A stretch of 63,396 nucleotides of DNA, filler included, from Chrysochromulina tobinii (taxonomy: Eukaryota), in the NCBI GenBank assembly GCA_001275005.1. It is 9 parts of 9 records of this genome, joined end to end, with 100 filler letters (N's around TTAATTAATTAA, not from the genome) between each part and the next. Parts side by side here need not be neighbours in the genome. Positions count along the whole stretch, not along the records: positions 1 to 11,430 come from JWZX01001333.1; positions 11,531 to 25,594 come from JWZX01001335.1; 7 more parts are not named here. The stretch is one strand, 5' to 3'. Positions 11,161 to 23,608 of the stretch are shown piece after piece; the stretch's first letter is position 1, and the number at the start of each line of letters is the position of its first letter. The notes beneath the pieces are model-generated. The model saw nothing but the letters and a program-made list of their open reading frames with translations. It was not told the DNA's origin and searched no databases. The translations under genes and the position numbers were made by a program.

Positions 11161-11430
11161 ATGCGGCGTCTCGTCGGGGTGCTCGTGATGCTCTGGGTCG
11201 ACGCGACCGCGCCGGCATCACCCGCGCTGGCAGTGCCAGTGCCACTGCCATCTGTCGCACCTCCGCCGCCATCTCCTCCTGCGGGGGTGCTGCCACCGAG
11301 GGCGGAGGGCAGCTTGCCGCACCAACCTCTTGATCAGGAGATCAGTGAGCGCCACCTCCACCGGAGGACCGCCGAAGGACAACTTCCGACGCAACCGCCG
11401 TCGCCGCCGCCGCCGTCACCGCCGCCGCCG
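11161..11430 (+). CDS. N-terminal fragment of a secreted proline-rich protein, cut by contig end
   Basis: MRRLVGVLVMLWVDATA signal-like start followed by PPPPSPP tracts running into the linker. Confidence 0.45.
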
Positions 11431-11530
11431 NNNNNNNNNNNNNNNNNNNNNNNNNNNNNNNNNNNNNNNNNNNNTTAATTAATTAANNNNNNNNNNNNNN
11501 NNNNNNNNNNNNNNNNNNNNNNNNNNNNNN
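11431..11530. other. Artificial contig linker
   Basis: 44 N + TTAATTAATTAA (stops in all six frames) + 44 N. Confidence 0.98.
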
Positions 11531-14500
11531 CTCCCCCCCGTCCCCCCCTCCCCCCCGACTGGGAGGGGCGCCCGTCCGAGCGGGCGCGGGCGCGGGGGGT
11601 CCACCTACGACCCGCTTCGAGACGCCATCAGAGGGCGCGCCGGTGGGCGCGAGGTTGGCGCGAGAGGCCGGAGCGGCGCCCGGGACGGCGCTAGTGCCGA
11701 GGGGGACGCCCACGCCGCTGTTGCTCAGGAGCGCCACGAGGAGCGAGGCGCCGCCCGCGCGCATAATGGCCTTGCGGAGGCTGCCCTCGCCACTCGAAAG
11801 GAATCGAATAGCACGCGTCGCATCATCGATCAGTCCAGGATCAGTTGGTGGCACGCAGCCTGGGTCGATCATGCTCAGGAGCGCCGGGATGGCGCCGTGA
11901 ATGAGGCTCGCGCCCACCGTTACATTCATCACCGACGCGCTCGACGACAGCCGATGAGTGACGGTGGAGGCTCCTGTGAGCTGGCCGGGCGCAGCAGCTT
12001 GTGCAATGGTGCCGAGCAACAGGGCCGCAGCTCGCCGGTCGATGGTCGGTCGGTTTGGTTGAAGCATGACTACAAGCGGCGCCACCGCGCCCGCCTCGAG
12101 CAGCGTCGCCGCCACCTCGGCATTGTGGCGCGCTAGGGCCTCGAGCGTGTGCGCGGCGAGCCTGGGGGCGAGGGAGGCCGAGGAGTCGAGCTCCGCGGCC
12201 GTCGTGCGCGTGATGTCTCCGCTGCACACGAGGCCTGAGTCGAGGTACCGGAGCAGGGGCGTGCACGCCACCGAGGCGACCTGCCGCTGCGCGCGCACCG
12301 ACTCTCCCGCGAGCTGGGCGAGCAGCCGAACGGCGTGAGCCTTCGTGCTCTCGGGACTCGAGGGCGAGGCCAGCAGCGCCAAGGAGACTGCCGAGATGGG
12401 CGGGATTCCATCCGCATCGATCGCTTGTCGGAGCGCGTCACCATCGTGCGCGAGGCTCGCGAGCACCGAGATAGCATGCTCTTGCGCCGAGGCGGGCAAC
12501 GTCGGGTTCCGCAAGCACGCGACCAAATCGGCGACGCACCCCTCGCGCACGATGACTGCCTGGTTCGTTGGGTCCGCGACGCTCAGGCACAGCGACCACA
12601 ATGCGTACGCTTGTGCCTCGACCCCATCGTCGTCCAGTGCATCCTTGAGTAGCTCGGCGAGAGGCTCAACCCCCCTAGCAAGAGCTGACGACCGTTGGAG
12701 TTCTTCGCTGCCCTCCGCCCCGACCTTGCTCAGGGCGATGCCCGCGCGCTGCCGCATGCCCTTGTCGTTGTTCCGGAGCATTTGGATCAGGGCCTGCGTC
12801 ACCTCCGCATGCAAGTCGCGGCTCGTGCGCGCAAGGAGGCAAAGCGTCTCGACGCCAAGCGCCAAAATGCGCTGAGGGCCGCTAAGCAGCTCCACGAGCA
12901 CAACGATGACGCCCGCCTTGGCAAATGCTCGCCGGTTGTCGAGGCAGGCCGCCTCCGATGCCGTGTCCTCACCCGTTGCCTCGGACGGCATGTCAACCAC
13001 TGCGGTCGCCTCGCTTGCCGCCGCGGGCGCCGCCTCGGGCGCCGCCTCCTCTGCGTCACCCGCGGCAAGTCCGTGAGCATGCACGCACATGTCGCGTAGC
13101 AGTACAAGCGCTTCCTCCTTCCTAATCAGGATCGGACGATGCGCATCGACGGTCGTCGAAAGTGTGGTACCAGTACGGAGCGTGCGCACGAGCTCGTTGG
13201 CCACCGCGCTGCGGTTGGCCTCGTTGCCGCGCGCGAGCAATGAGATGGCACTAGCTGCGTGCTCGCGAGCAGCAGACGATGACTGTTCGGCCACAAGCCC
13301 AAGCGCAAGGCTCGTGAGCGGCGCGATACCGCCCGCACCCACGATGGCAGTGCGTAGCGCTGGCGTGAGCGCCAGATTCGCAAGGGCGCTCGAGGCGGCG
13401 CCTGCGGCCCCCGCCGACGCCGACGCGAGGCCAAGCAGCTCGATGAGCGACGCGATGCCCCCTGCTTCGAAGATGCGCGTGCGGTTGCCCACATCTGCCG
13501 CGAGGGCGCCGAGGGTGCGCGACGCCCCTTCGTGAAGCTCCTTCGGGCCGTGAAGCATCGCGATGAGTGTCGGGATGCCGTCGTGCTGGGCGATGGCCTG
13601 CTGGATCTGACGGTTCCCCACAGCCATGCTGCATAGCGCTCTCGTGAGCTCGTCGAGTGTGCTGATGGGCATCGTCATCGACGGCACACCGCGCTTGAGC
13701 ATGGCCACGAGCTTCGTTGCGCCTCCCGCTGCCGCGATCGCGTCTTGGTGCCGTACGGACGACTGCGTCAGGCGCGAAATGACGCGTGCCGCACTCTCCA
13801 TCTTGCTAAATCCGACCATGTCTGGACTCTGTCTGCCACCACTTCCTCCTCCCTCAGGGCCAGGGTCCGAGAAGCTCAACGGGGCAACCAGCATAGTCGC
13901 CAGGGTCGCCTCAACGCTCGGATCGTTACTGGAGAGCTTCGCGAGCACGTTCGCGGCGGCCTCCTGGGCGAGCTTGGTGCCGGCCCGTTGGCTGCTCGGG
14001 GAGCCCCCGAGGAAGGTGACGAGGGGAAGCAGCGCGCTCGCCGCAGCGATCGCGGCCTGGTTCGGGGCGTGCCCGTCCGCCAGGCTCCACAGTGCACGGG
14101 CCGCGGCCTCCTCCGCGATGCCGCTTACCGTTACGGCGGCGCGACGGCCTTCGTCGTCCATTCCTGCCGGCACGTCCAGGTCGCCGTCGCTGGCTCTGTC
14201 CAGACCGTCGGCACGCTCGAGCTGTGCGACGAGGAGGCTGATGGCGCCCGCGGCGGCAATGGCTGTCTGGTTCTCCGCGTTGCCGCGTGCAAGCTCGGCG
14301 AGCGCGTCGGCAGCGTCAGCCCGGACCTCTTCGCGCCCATCGACTGCATGCAGTGGCTCGACGGGCGCAAGCAACACGACGAGCGCCTCGATGCCTCCGC
14401 TGGCCTTGAGGATGACTTGATTCGCGCCGTGGCCGCTCACCAAGGCTGTCAGCGCCCGAACCACCGCCACCAGCTGCAGGCCAGTGCCGGACAGAGCCGC

Positions 14501-17500
14501 ATACGCGGGCGCGCCGTCGCGTTGGACAAGGTGGACAAGCGGCGCGATGCTTGCAGCCGCCTGCTGCTGCTCGCCCTGCCGCGCGAGGTTCCCAAAGATC
14601 GTCGCAACGTCCGTCTTGGTCAGGGCGCCGTGCTTTGTCCCGGCTAGCACGGCGACCAGAGGCACAAGGGCGCCGCTCGCGCACAGCGCGCGTCCGAAGT
14701 CCGGCCGGTGGCAACTCATCTGCATGAGCACCGCAATCGCGGATGCCTGTGCTTCGACATGACGCTCTGCTCTAGACTCGAGCAGCAGCGAAACGAGCGA
14801 CGGGATGCCGTTTGACTTGGCAATGTCGGCCACGTACTCTGCGCCGCGTGACTCGTCCGCCGTCAGCCGCGCAAGGACCCCCGCCGCAAGCTGCTGCACT
14901 TTGGGCTCGTTCAGCTGCGCCACGAGCCGTGGGATGGCGCCTGCCTTGACGATCGCGTACCTTATGTCCGCGTCCTGGCAGAGCTCGAGCAGCAGCTTCG
15001 TCACACGCGCCTGGGTATCGGGATCGGCCGAGCCAAGGATCACCACGAGCCCCGACGCAATGGCCACCTGCTCGCCGCGAGAATTGATCGCCAGCGTGGA
15101 GAGCGCACCCGCCGCCTCCCGCTGTGCTTCCACCTGCCCGCTCGAGAGCATCTTAACCAACTGAAGCAGTGCTCCCGCATTCAGGATTACCACCGCGGAC
15201 TCAGGCTGGTTGGCCGCGAGGTCGCGCAGCGCACGCGCGGCGCGCGCTTGCACGACAATCTTATCGGACGAGAGGAGCATCACGAGCCGCTTGGCGATCT
15301 GCGCCTGCGATTCGGTGCTGATCTGTGCCAAGCGGGCGAGCGCATTCGCCGCGTGCTCGAATGTACGCCGCTCCTCGGCGCCCTTGTCGAGGCTGCTCAC
15401 GCTATTAAAGAGCGCCACGAGCGGCGTGATGCCATTGGCCTTAGCGATGAGACTCTGGTTGGTGCGATCGATGGCAAGGTGGTAGAGGCAGGACGCGGCT
15501 TGCTCCTTTCCCATCTCCGAGCGTTGGCTAAGCAATGCGATGAGCGACGCGATGCCGCCCGCCTCGACGATGGCATTCAGTCGCTCCTCACTCCCCCCTC
15601 GTGCGAGCTCCGCGAGGCAGCCGGCGGCGTAGCCCTGTGCGTCAGGGTCGCCCAGCCGGACTAACTGCACAAGATCGGGGATAGCGCCCTCGCTAACCAC
15701 CGCCGACTGGTTCTCCGTCCGGATGCACAGGCACCACAGGCAGTTGGCCGCATGCTCCTGCGCCCCTTTGCTTGCGGAGCGGCAGAGGCCCACCAGTGAA
15801 CGTACGCCGCCATACGAGAGGACAGCCTCCTGGATCTCTCGATCGCCACGCACGAGGTCCACAAGGGCCGCTGCCGCCGCCTCGCGCATCGCCTCAACGT
15901 TCGCCTCGTGGCTCGTCGTGGGGGCGATCCCAAGACCCTGCAATGCCTCCTCCTTGGTAGCCTGCTCGCCGCCATCGGCCGCCTCTGGTGGTTGCTGCGG
16001 CCTCACATAATCCCACAACTCGCTCCCGGTGCGTTGCTCAGCGCTCGGTCGGTCGCTGCTGCCTCCGCGCACTCTGCTGTCCCTGCCCGTCGGCGTTACA
16101 GGATGTGGCGAGCCCCCTGCCCGCTGCGTCCCCCTCCCTCCGCTGCCCATCCCTCCACTGCCCACCGCCCCGCTGCCCGGAGATCCCCCCCCTTCGCTGC
16201 CGAGAGCCAGAGCACCCACCGCGCGTGACGGTTCGAGCATCACAATGAGGCGCTGGACGCCACCGTTCAGGCGCACAAAGGCGCGCCGTTCTAAGGCGCC
16301 CCTGAAGCGTAAGCTTCGCTCCACGTCGTCCTCCTTGTCACTCGACGTTCGACGCTCGACACCATCCTCCGTGCCCGCACCCATGGGCGCCATGGTGGGC
16401 GCCTGATGCGCAGAAGACGAGCTTAGAGACGTCAGGCCGAGCGCAAAACCGAGCACTGATGCGGCTGGGATTGGCTTAGCTATCGCCGCCGCGCCTGAAG
16501 AGGCCGATACTGCGGCCTTCTTGTCGGATGCGGTCTGAAAGTACTTCCAAAAGGTCTCGAACTCGTTGAGCTGCAGCTCGCCGTCGCCATTCTCATCCAC
16601 CTTGTCGATGAGCAACTGGACATCCATCTTTGATCTTCCCCCGACCATGGTGAGCGCGGACGCCAGCTCCTCCGACGAGATGCTGCCGCCGCCATCCTTA
16701 TCCAGCGAATCGAATGCCTCCTTCGCCGTCATGTCGAGCGATATGTCCGACGTCGCACCCACCGTTTTCTTCAATCTGAAGCTTGCAAATAAAAGATTCC
16801 TTTCTTTCTTTTCGGATGCGGTCTGGAAGTACTTCCAAAAGTTCACGAACTCGTTGAGCTGCAGCTCGCCGTCGCCATTCTCATCCACCTTGTCGATGAG
16901 CAACTGGACATCCATCTTTGACCTCTTCCCGACCATGGTGAGCGCGGACGCCAGCTCATTCGACGAGATGCTGCCGCCGCCATCCTCATCCAGCAAATCG
17001 AATGCCTCCTTCGCCGTCATGTCGAGCGATATGCCCGACGTCGCACCCACCGTTTTCTTCAATCTGAAACTTGCGAACAAGAGATTCCTTTCCTCCTCCT
17101 CGGCCTCCTTTTCGCGCTTCTTGTCGGCGCGCCTCTGGCTACACTGCTCGAGGTCGCCGTCCTCGCGCGATAGGCAGCCAATCGCGCGCGCGGCGAGCTC
17201 GGGTGTGCCTTGCTTCCTCGAGGAGAGCAGCCGGATGAGCGCCTGAAGGGCGCCGCAATTAGCAATGTCGTCGCGGTTGTACGCAAACAGCGAGAGCTCC
17301 GCGAGCCCCGAGGCTGCCTGCTGTTGCGCACTCTCCGATCCGTGGGTGAGCAGCCGCACGAGGGGCGCGATGCCGCCCGCGTCGGTGATCGCCTCAGAAA
17401 CGTCGGTGTTGCCCTTGGCGAGCCGATTCACGACGAGGGCCGCGAGCTCGGCCGCCCGCTCGTCCTCGGCCCCCATCATCGTCACAAGCTGCAAACGGGG

Positions 17501-20500
17501 GACGAGGGCGCCGTGGTGAGCATCGAAATGCGCTGTGGTGAGCACTTGCATGCGCCGCGCCACGAGCTGCGGCGTTGAGTCTAGTTGCGCGCGCGGTCGT
17601 GCAATCAGAGGGTACTCAGTGCACTCGGAGGCTACTCAGTGTTACTCCGAGGGTCATCAGTGGCCTCGGGGGGGATGACCTCGGATGGTCATCCCTCTCG
17701 GATGCCTCCCGCCTCGGGGATAATCGGGGGTAATCAGTGGCCATCAGGTGTAATCAGGGGTATTCTGCGTACCGGTAGGATGCCTCCCGCCTCGGCGATC
17801 GCGAGCTGGTTTTCGGGGCTCGAGCCCAGATGCCAGAGGGTCATCGCCGCGTGCTCCTGGGCCTTGGCGGACCCGGAGCGGCTGATGATGCTGGTCAGGG
17901 GCTGGATGGCCCCGGAGGCGACGACGAGGGCCTGTATGGTGACGTTGTCTGCGGAAAGGGCGAGAAGAGCGTGGGCGGCCTCAGCCTTCGCCGCCTCCGA
18001 GGTAGAGCTTAGCCAGCTCACGACCAGCGGCACGCCGCCTTGTTTGGCGACCGCGAGCTGGCTCGCATTCAGAGCCTCAGCTCTGAAAGAACCTTCACTT
18101 CCCGCCGGTGCTGAGCAGAGCGATGCGATGGCGCCGAGTGCCCGCAGACCTCGTTCCGAGTCCTTCGTATTCAGCAGCCCGACCACGCGCTTCGAGACGA
18201 TGGCTCGATTGTCCGCATGCATGGACGCGAGCGACGTGAGCGCGCCGATCGAGTTGCGCGCCGACTTGGGCGTATCACCGGTCACGAGCAGCCCCACGAG
18301 CGGCTCGATCGCGCCGAACTTGGCAAGCACGCTCTTGTTCGGCATGTTGTCCTGAGCGAGCGCCCAGATCGCCGAAGCTGCCTGCTCGCGTGCCTCCGGC
18401 GTCCCCTCACGCAAGATGGTGCACAGCGGCGCAATGGCGCCCGTGCGCGCGACAGCCGTCTGATTCCTCGTGTTCTCTCGCGACAAGCACGAGAGCGCGC
18501 CCGCCGCGTTGGTGCACATTTCGGGCTGCGGGCTGCCCAGCATCGTGACGAGCGGCGGGATGGCGCCCGCCTCGGCGATGGCCACCTTGTTACGCGTGTG
18601 GTTCTTCGCGAGGCGCCACACCGCCTCGGCCGCGAGAGAGCACTGGATCGCGGCGGTCGCATCAGATTTCGACGCACCGGACTGGAGGGCCTGCACGAGG
18701 AGGTTGATGCCGCCCGCCCGCGCGATCGCGTCCTGGCGCGACTTGCTGTCCTTGCTCATGGCGATGATCGAACGGAGCGTCGCCTCCTTGGCGTTCGAGG
18801 ACTCGCCGCTGAGCAGCGAGAGCAGCGCGGGAATGCCGCCCGCGTTCACAATGGTCACGCGGTTGTCCTCAGAATCGCTCGCTAAGTTGACGAGAGCCGC
18901 CGCGGCCTGCTCCTGTGCCTTCTCCTCGTCGGCCGCACGCCGGGTCGCCTCTTGGGCTGCACGCGCTGCCGTTGCCTCAGTGGCTGCTCTCTTCTCCACG
19001 TCCGCCAACGCACGTCTCATCTGCAGCTCCGCCGCCTTCTTCTCCGCATCAGTCGCCTTCTTGTCCGCCTCCGCTACGGCATACTTCGCCTCTTCCAGAG
19101 CGTGCTTCGAGTCTTGCAGCGCACTCCGGGCCTTGACTGCATCGTCGCGCCTCGCGGCGTCGGCCGCCTTCTTTTCGGCGGCACTGCTGTACGGGGACGG
19201 GCCGATCATCAGCATGCCGACGAGCTGCTCGATGATGAGCACGCGGTTCGCATCCTCGATCGAGAGGCGCACGAGCGCTGCCTCCGCGCGCTCGCGTGCC
19301 TTGGATCGATCGCACGCGAGCAACGAGACGAGTGGACCGATCGCGCCGCTCTCCGTAATGGCGATCCGATTCTTCTCGTACGCTGCGAGCTCGCACAGCG
19401 CGCCCGCGGCTTCCTCCTGCGCCTCGAGCCCCGCGTCGCCGCTGAGCATGTTCACCAACGGCTGCACTGCGCCCGCAAGAGCAATCTGCTCTGCAAGGGA
19501 GACTCGGGACCCCTCGGCGCCTATGCCCGGCGCATCGGCCGTTTGAGCGGCGAGAGCCTTGGCTTTGGCCTCTGCCTTCTCTGATGCCTTCTCGCCCTTG
19601 CGCCCCGTCTTGGACTGCGAAACGTCGACTGCGAGGCGCGCGAGCGCCGCGGCCGCGAAGCGCTTCGAGTTGTTCGCGACCCTCCGGAGTGCGCTCGCCT
19701 CCTCGAGTGTGTGCTCAGGCAGGACCACGGCGAACGTGCAGAGGAGCTCGCACAGGGGGGCGATCCCGCCGCTCTGCTCAATGGAGACCTTGTTGCGCGG
19801 GAGCAGGGCAAGCTCGGCGAGTGCCGCTGCCGCGTCCTGCTGCGCTTTCGCGGAGCTGTTGACTTCGCGTCCGTCAAGCAGCGCGATGAGAGGTGCGATG
19901 CCGCCCGCAGCGGCGATGCCGTGACGAACGACGTCGCCACCATGGAAGGAGAGTTTGGCAAGTGCGGCGGTAGCTTGCTCAATGGCTTCAAGCGACGGCG
20001 ACGCGAGCGTCCTCACAAGCGGCGTGATGCCATCACGCTCCGTGACCACGGCACAAAAGGACTCGTCCAACGCCAGCGAGAGCGCCCAGAGAGCGAACGT
20101 ACTGACTGAGTCCGTCTGGTCGCGAAGAAGCTGAACGAGGTTATCGGCGCCGCCCGCGCGGGCGATGTTGAGCTGCGAGTCGCCATTGTCGCGCACCAGC
20201 CGCCAAAGTGTCTTGATCAGCCGCTCGCGCAGATCGTCGTGATCAGCCTCAGCCGCCCGTTCGGCCGTTCGAACGAGCCCCGCCACAAGCAGCGAGACAG
20301 CTGCCAGCTGGTTGGGTTCGTTTCCCATGGCCAGGGCCGAGAGCGCCTTGGCGGCGAGGGTCTGTGCGCGCTCGCTCTTCGCGTCGAGCAGCTCGCACAG
20401 CGCGACGATCGCGCCCGAGCTCGCAACCGCCGCCTTGTTCATCGCGTTGCACTCGGTGAGGGCCCAGAGGGCACCCGCCGCCTCCGCTTCGACAATGAAG

Positions 20501-21732
20501 TTGGGGCTTCCTCGTTTGAGTAGGCCGCAGAGCTGCGCGAGGCCTCCCAGATCGGCGACGGCGCTCTGGTTGGCCAAATTGTGACGACACATCCACGTCA
20601 GCGCGAGTGCCGCGTTCGCCTGCGTGAGCGGTGTGTTCGACTCGCCGTCGGGCCGGGACGGTAGCAGCTGCTCGACCAACGGCTTGAGACCATGATGCAG
20701 GGCGATCACCTCCTGGTTGGCGCTGTTCCCGCGCGCAAGCATCGCGAGCGTGTGTGTGGCCTGCGCCACGAGCGGCTGCCTTGCACGCGGCATGTCGATC
20801 ACCGCGAGCAGCGGCCCAACGCCGCCCGCCTTGGTGATCGCATCCTGTGTGCGCTTGCGGTGCTTAGTGCTCAGACTGATGCAAAGCTGGCTCAACACGC
20901 AGGCCGCTTGCGTCTGCACTTCCGTGTTGATGGCGGAGAGGGTGGCCACGAGAATCTTGATGCCACCAAGCTTGCAGATCTCCGTCTGGATGGCCAGGTG
21001 CTCCTGCGCGAGCGCAGCGAGAGCGCGCGCCGCGCACTCCTGCGCCCCGAGACTCCCACTGTCAAGTAGCCGCAGGAGGAACTTGATGGCGCCCGCCTTG
21101 TACGCACTCTGCTGACCCTCAGGGGTCGCGGCGAGGTTGCCGATCGCGTCGGCCGCGCGCGCGGCTGCTCGGCTGTTGGTCGAGTGCAGCAGCGACACGA
21201 GCAGCGGCACGGCGCCCGACCTGACCACTGGTTCCACTTGCTCCGTGACCGATGCGATCGAGGCGAGGGCGGCGGCCGCTTGCTCTTGCACGGAGCCCGT
21301 GCCCGCGCGCAGCACTCGTGTGAGCAGGCCAATGCCGCCGTGCTTGCACACCTTTGACACGTACTCGGGGTCCGACTGGATGATCAGAGCCACGGCCGCC
21401 GCGGCGTGCGCTTGGGCTGCATGGGAGCCTTCATCGGCGAGGCCGATCAGTGGCTTGAGCCCTCTAACGCCGAGCTTGTGGGCATTCTCCTGCGCCGTCT
21501 CTGCCACGGTATGCAGCGCCTCGGCCGCCCATTCCTTGCACTCCATCGATCCGTACTTCATCAGGTCGATCGTGTCCTCAATGAAGTCGGCAACGTGGTT
21601 GCCGTCCAGCTGCGCCACTGCAAGCCGCGCCGTCTTGGCCCTGGGGGAAATGACGCGGCGTGCCTCGTAGATCATCTCGGCGGTTGCCGAAGCATGAGCA
21701 AAGCCGAGGGACATGCCCGTCTTTGCTGGCAT
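11531..21732 (-). CDS. Giant armadillo-repeat protein (Vac8-like repeats) with four EF-hands, >3,300 aa, intron 17489-17772, 3' truncated
   Basis: Dozens of (A/E)GGI.PLV.LL...A.E.AA.AL..LA repeats. Splicing GT(17772)..AG(17489) joins GGILP to LVTMMGAEDE, completing an ARM repeat. EF loops DEDGGGSISSNE, DKDGGGSISSEE and DENGDGELQLNE x2. Confidence 0.88.
16519..17094 (-). repeat. 288-bp in-frame tandem duplication encoding an EF-hand pair
   Basis: Near-identical units offset by 288 nt (gattcc at 16795 and 17083). Confidence 0.9.
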
Positions 21733-22130
21733 TTTGCCGGAGACGGGTGTGGATAGCTTGGGGCCAATCTACAGTGAATATGAAACCTGTGAATCACGAC
21801 GAAACCAACGAAGTTTTGGCATGCAACACGCGTTACATTTGAGCTTTGTGTGTGAGAGAGTGAGTTTAGACACCTAGTCAAGACCACCCTAAAGTACGTG
21901 TGCTGCTATGGGCCTCGTCAGTGTAGATCGGATATCTCGGCCTGTACATATTCGCCGTGTTTTACTAGTGGTGCGAAGTCTGTGTGTCTCAATGACCATG
22001 AAATAACCATGCTCGATAGCTCACTCACTCATTCATCATCTTATCTGATACCCAGTTGGTGCCAGTTGGTCTCCGATACTGATCCCCTCTAGAGCGAGTC
22101 GCTCCGTCTCAACTACGTCTCAACTACGTC

Positions 22131-23417
22131 TCAACTACGTCTCAACGGTCGATCGTCTCGAGGAGCTGGAGGAGTCGCGTGCGTGTCCTGTTGCCGCAAA
22201 ATAACGGGCTGGCTGGCTGTCAGCCGACCCTTCGATTTGCTTCCCCTGCCGCTGCGCGGTGTCTCGTTTGGAAAATTCTGCTCGTGTGCGTGGAGCGACC
22301 CCTGCCCAGAATGGGCTTCCCGATCGTGTGTCTGCTTCAAGTTCTTCGAGACCGCGAGTGAGGCGCTCTCGATGGCCATCATCCATCGCGAGAGCTCCTC
22401 AGCCGAGTCGCACGCGAACTCGATGGTGGCGAGGATCGAGTCGGAAACGAAGAACTCATGGACAGTCAGCTCAAAGCAGTGGCTGAACAGCTCGGCTTCC
22501 GCGCCTCTATCAAAGATGGTTTGGCTGAGAACCGATTGGCTCAGCGTGGCGCCTAGGACGGGCCATGCTCCGAGCAAGGGTGCGTCGAGCGATGAGCTCG
22601 TGAACTCGTGCAGGATGCCCTCGCACAGGACGTAGTGGCCCTTGCGCCAGTTCCACGTCGCAATCTGCCCGCGCTTGTACATCTTCGCCGCGTATTGCAG
22701 CCGGTAGTCCCACGCTGCGTCGAGGCGTCCAAACTTGAGCTTTCCGCCGTCGGCCTGCGTGAGCAAGGTGTGCTTGAGAGTTTTCTCGCAATGCTCCATG
22801 CGCTCAACGTCGTCGTCGAATCGGCGCTGCCGCGCATCGCGCAACGCGTGACGGATGGTCGTCTTGGCAACGCGTTCACCGAGCGCCCACAAGATATCGC
22901 CATCGTCATGCTTGTGAGGGAACGTGCGTCTCCCATCTGGTATGCTGCACGAAAAAGTTCTCACCTCGGACGCAAGAGTGCGAATAAGGTTCTCCCTCGA
23001 GGCCTTCCGTTCGCGAAAATTATTGGATTGGCTCGACACGTTGCCCTGGCTATCGCTTTTGGACGAGCCACCCTTGTCGGGCTCTGCGGCTTTTTCGCCA
23101 TCGCGATCGCGTGATCCTGTTCCATTAAGGACCTTGACGACCCCACCAATGCTCTTGAGCTTGCGCCGTCTCAAGAGTGCCTGGTGAGCTTCCTTTGCAC
23201 GGGCCTCGCTGGCCACCTCCTGGGCAAGGTCGTGTTTGGCCCGCTCAATCACCTCATCGAGAGGCGGCGCACAGTGCCGCAGCAACTCTCGCACTCGGGC
23301 CTCGGTACGTGAAACCACTTGCATCCTCTGCACCAGACCGGATGGCCCGGGATGCAGGCCGTGGGTAGGTACCGGAGAGACGCTCAAAGTGTGTTTTTGG
23401 AGCACGATGTTTAGCAC
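22131..23417 (-). CDS. PH-domain protein
   Basis: C-terminal YAAKMYKRGQ..WNWRKGHYVL..GILHEF..HCFEL..EFACDSAEELSRWMMAI fits a PH fold. True start uncertain. Confidence 0.75.
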   Translation of the reverse strand: MLNIVLQKHTLSVSPVPTHGLHPGPSGLVQRMQVVSRTEARVRELLRHCAPPLDEVIERAKHDLAQEVASEARAKEAHQALLRRRKLKSIGGVVKVLNGTGSRDRDGEKAAEPDKGGSSKSDSQGNVSSQSNNFRERKASRENLIRTLASEVRTFSCSIPDGRRTFPHKHDDGDILWALGERVAKTTIRHALRDARQRRFDDDVERMEHCEKTLKHTLLTQADGGKLKFGRLDAAWDYRLQYAAKMYKRGQIATWNWRKGHYVLCEGILHEFTSSSLDAPLLGAWPVLGATLSQSVLSQTIFDRGAEAELFSHCFELTVHEFFVSDSILATIEFACDSAEELSRWMMAIESASLAVSKNLKQTHDREAHSGQGSLHAHEQNFPNETPRSGRGSKSKGRLTASQPVILRQQDTHATPPAPRDDRPLRRS

Positions 23418-23608
23418 ACCCGTCGGAAATCGGCATGCATTCCAATATAAAGAAATACATGAAAGTCATCCAAGCGCGACTCAGTGGATTGCATTTAATT
23501 AGTGGGGCCGCATGCAAATCTATGAAAAAGGTTCGTGAAGACATGTGGTAGAACCTCAAGCAGTTCCTCAAGCTGGCGAACGCTGATCGCAGCCAAAGGG
23601 AGGAGAGC

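Noticed and set aside
11431..11530. Recurring TTAATTAATTAA palindrome inside N runs
   Set aside because: The identical 100-nt construct appears eight times. It is a six-frame-stop concatenation linker, not biology.
11643..21756. Many plus-strand ORFs over the ARM gene (and similar shadow ORFs elsewhere)
   Set aside because: Antisense or alternative-frame artefacts of GC-rich coding sequence, with no motifs.
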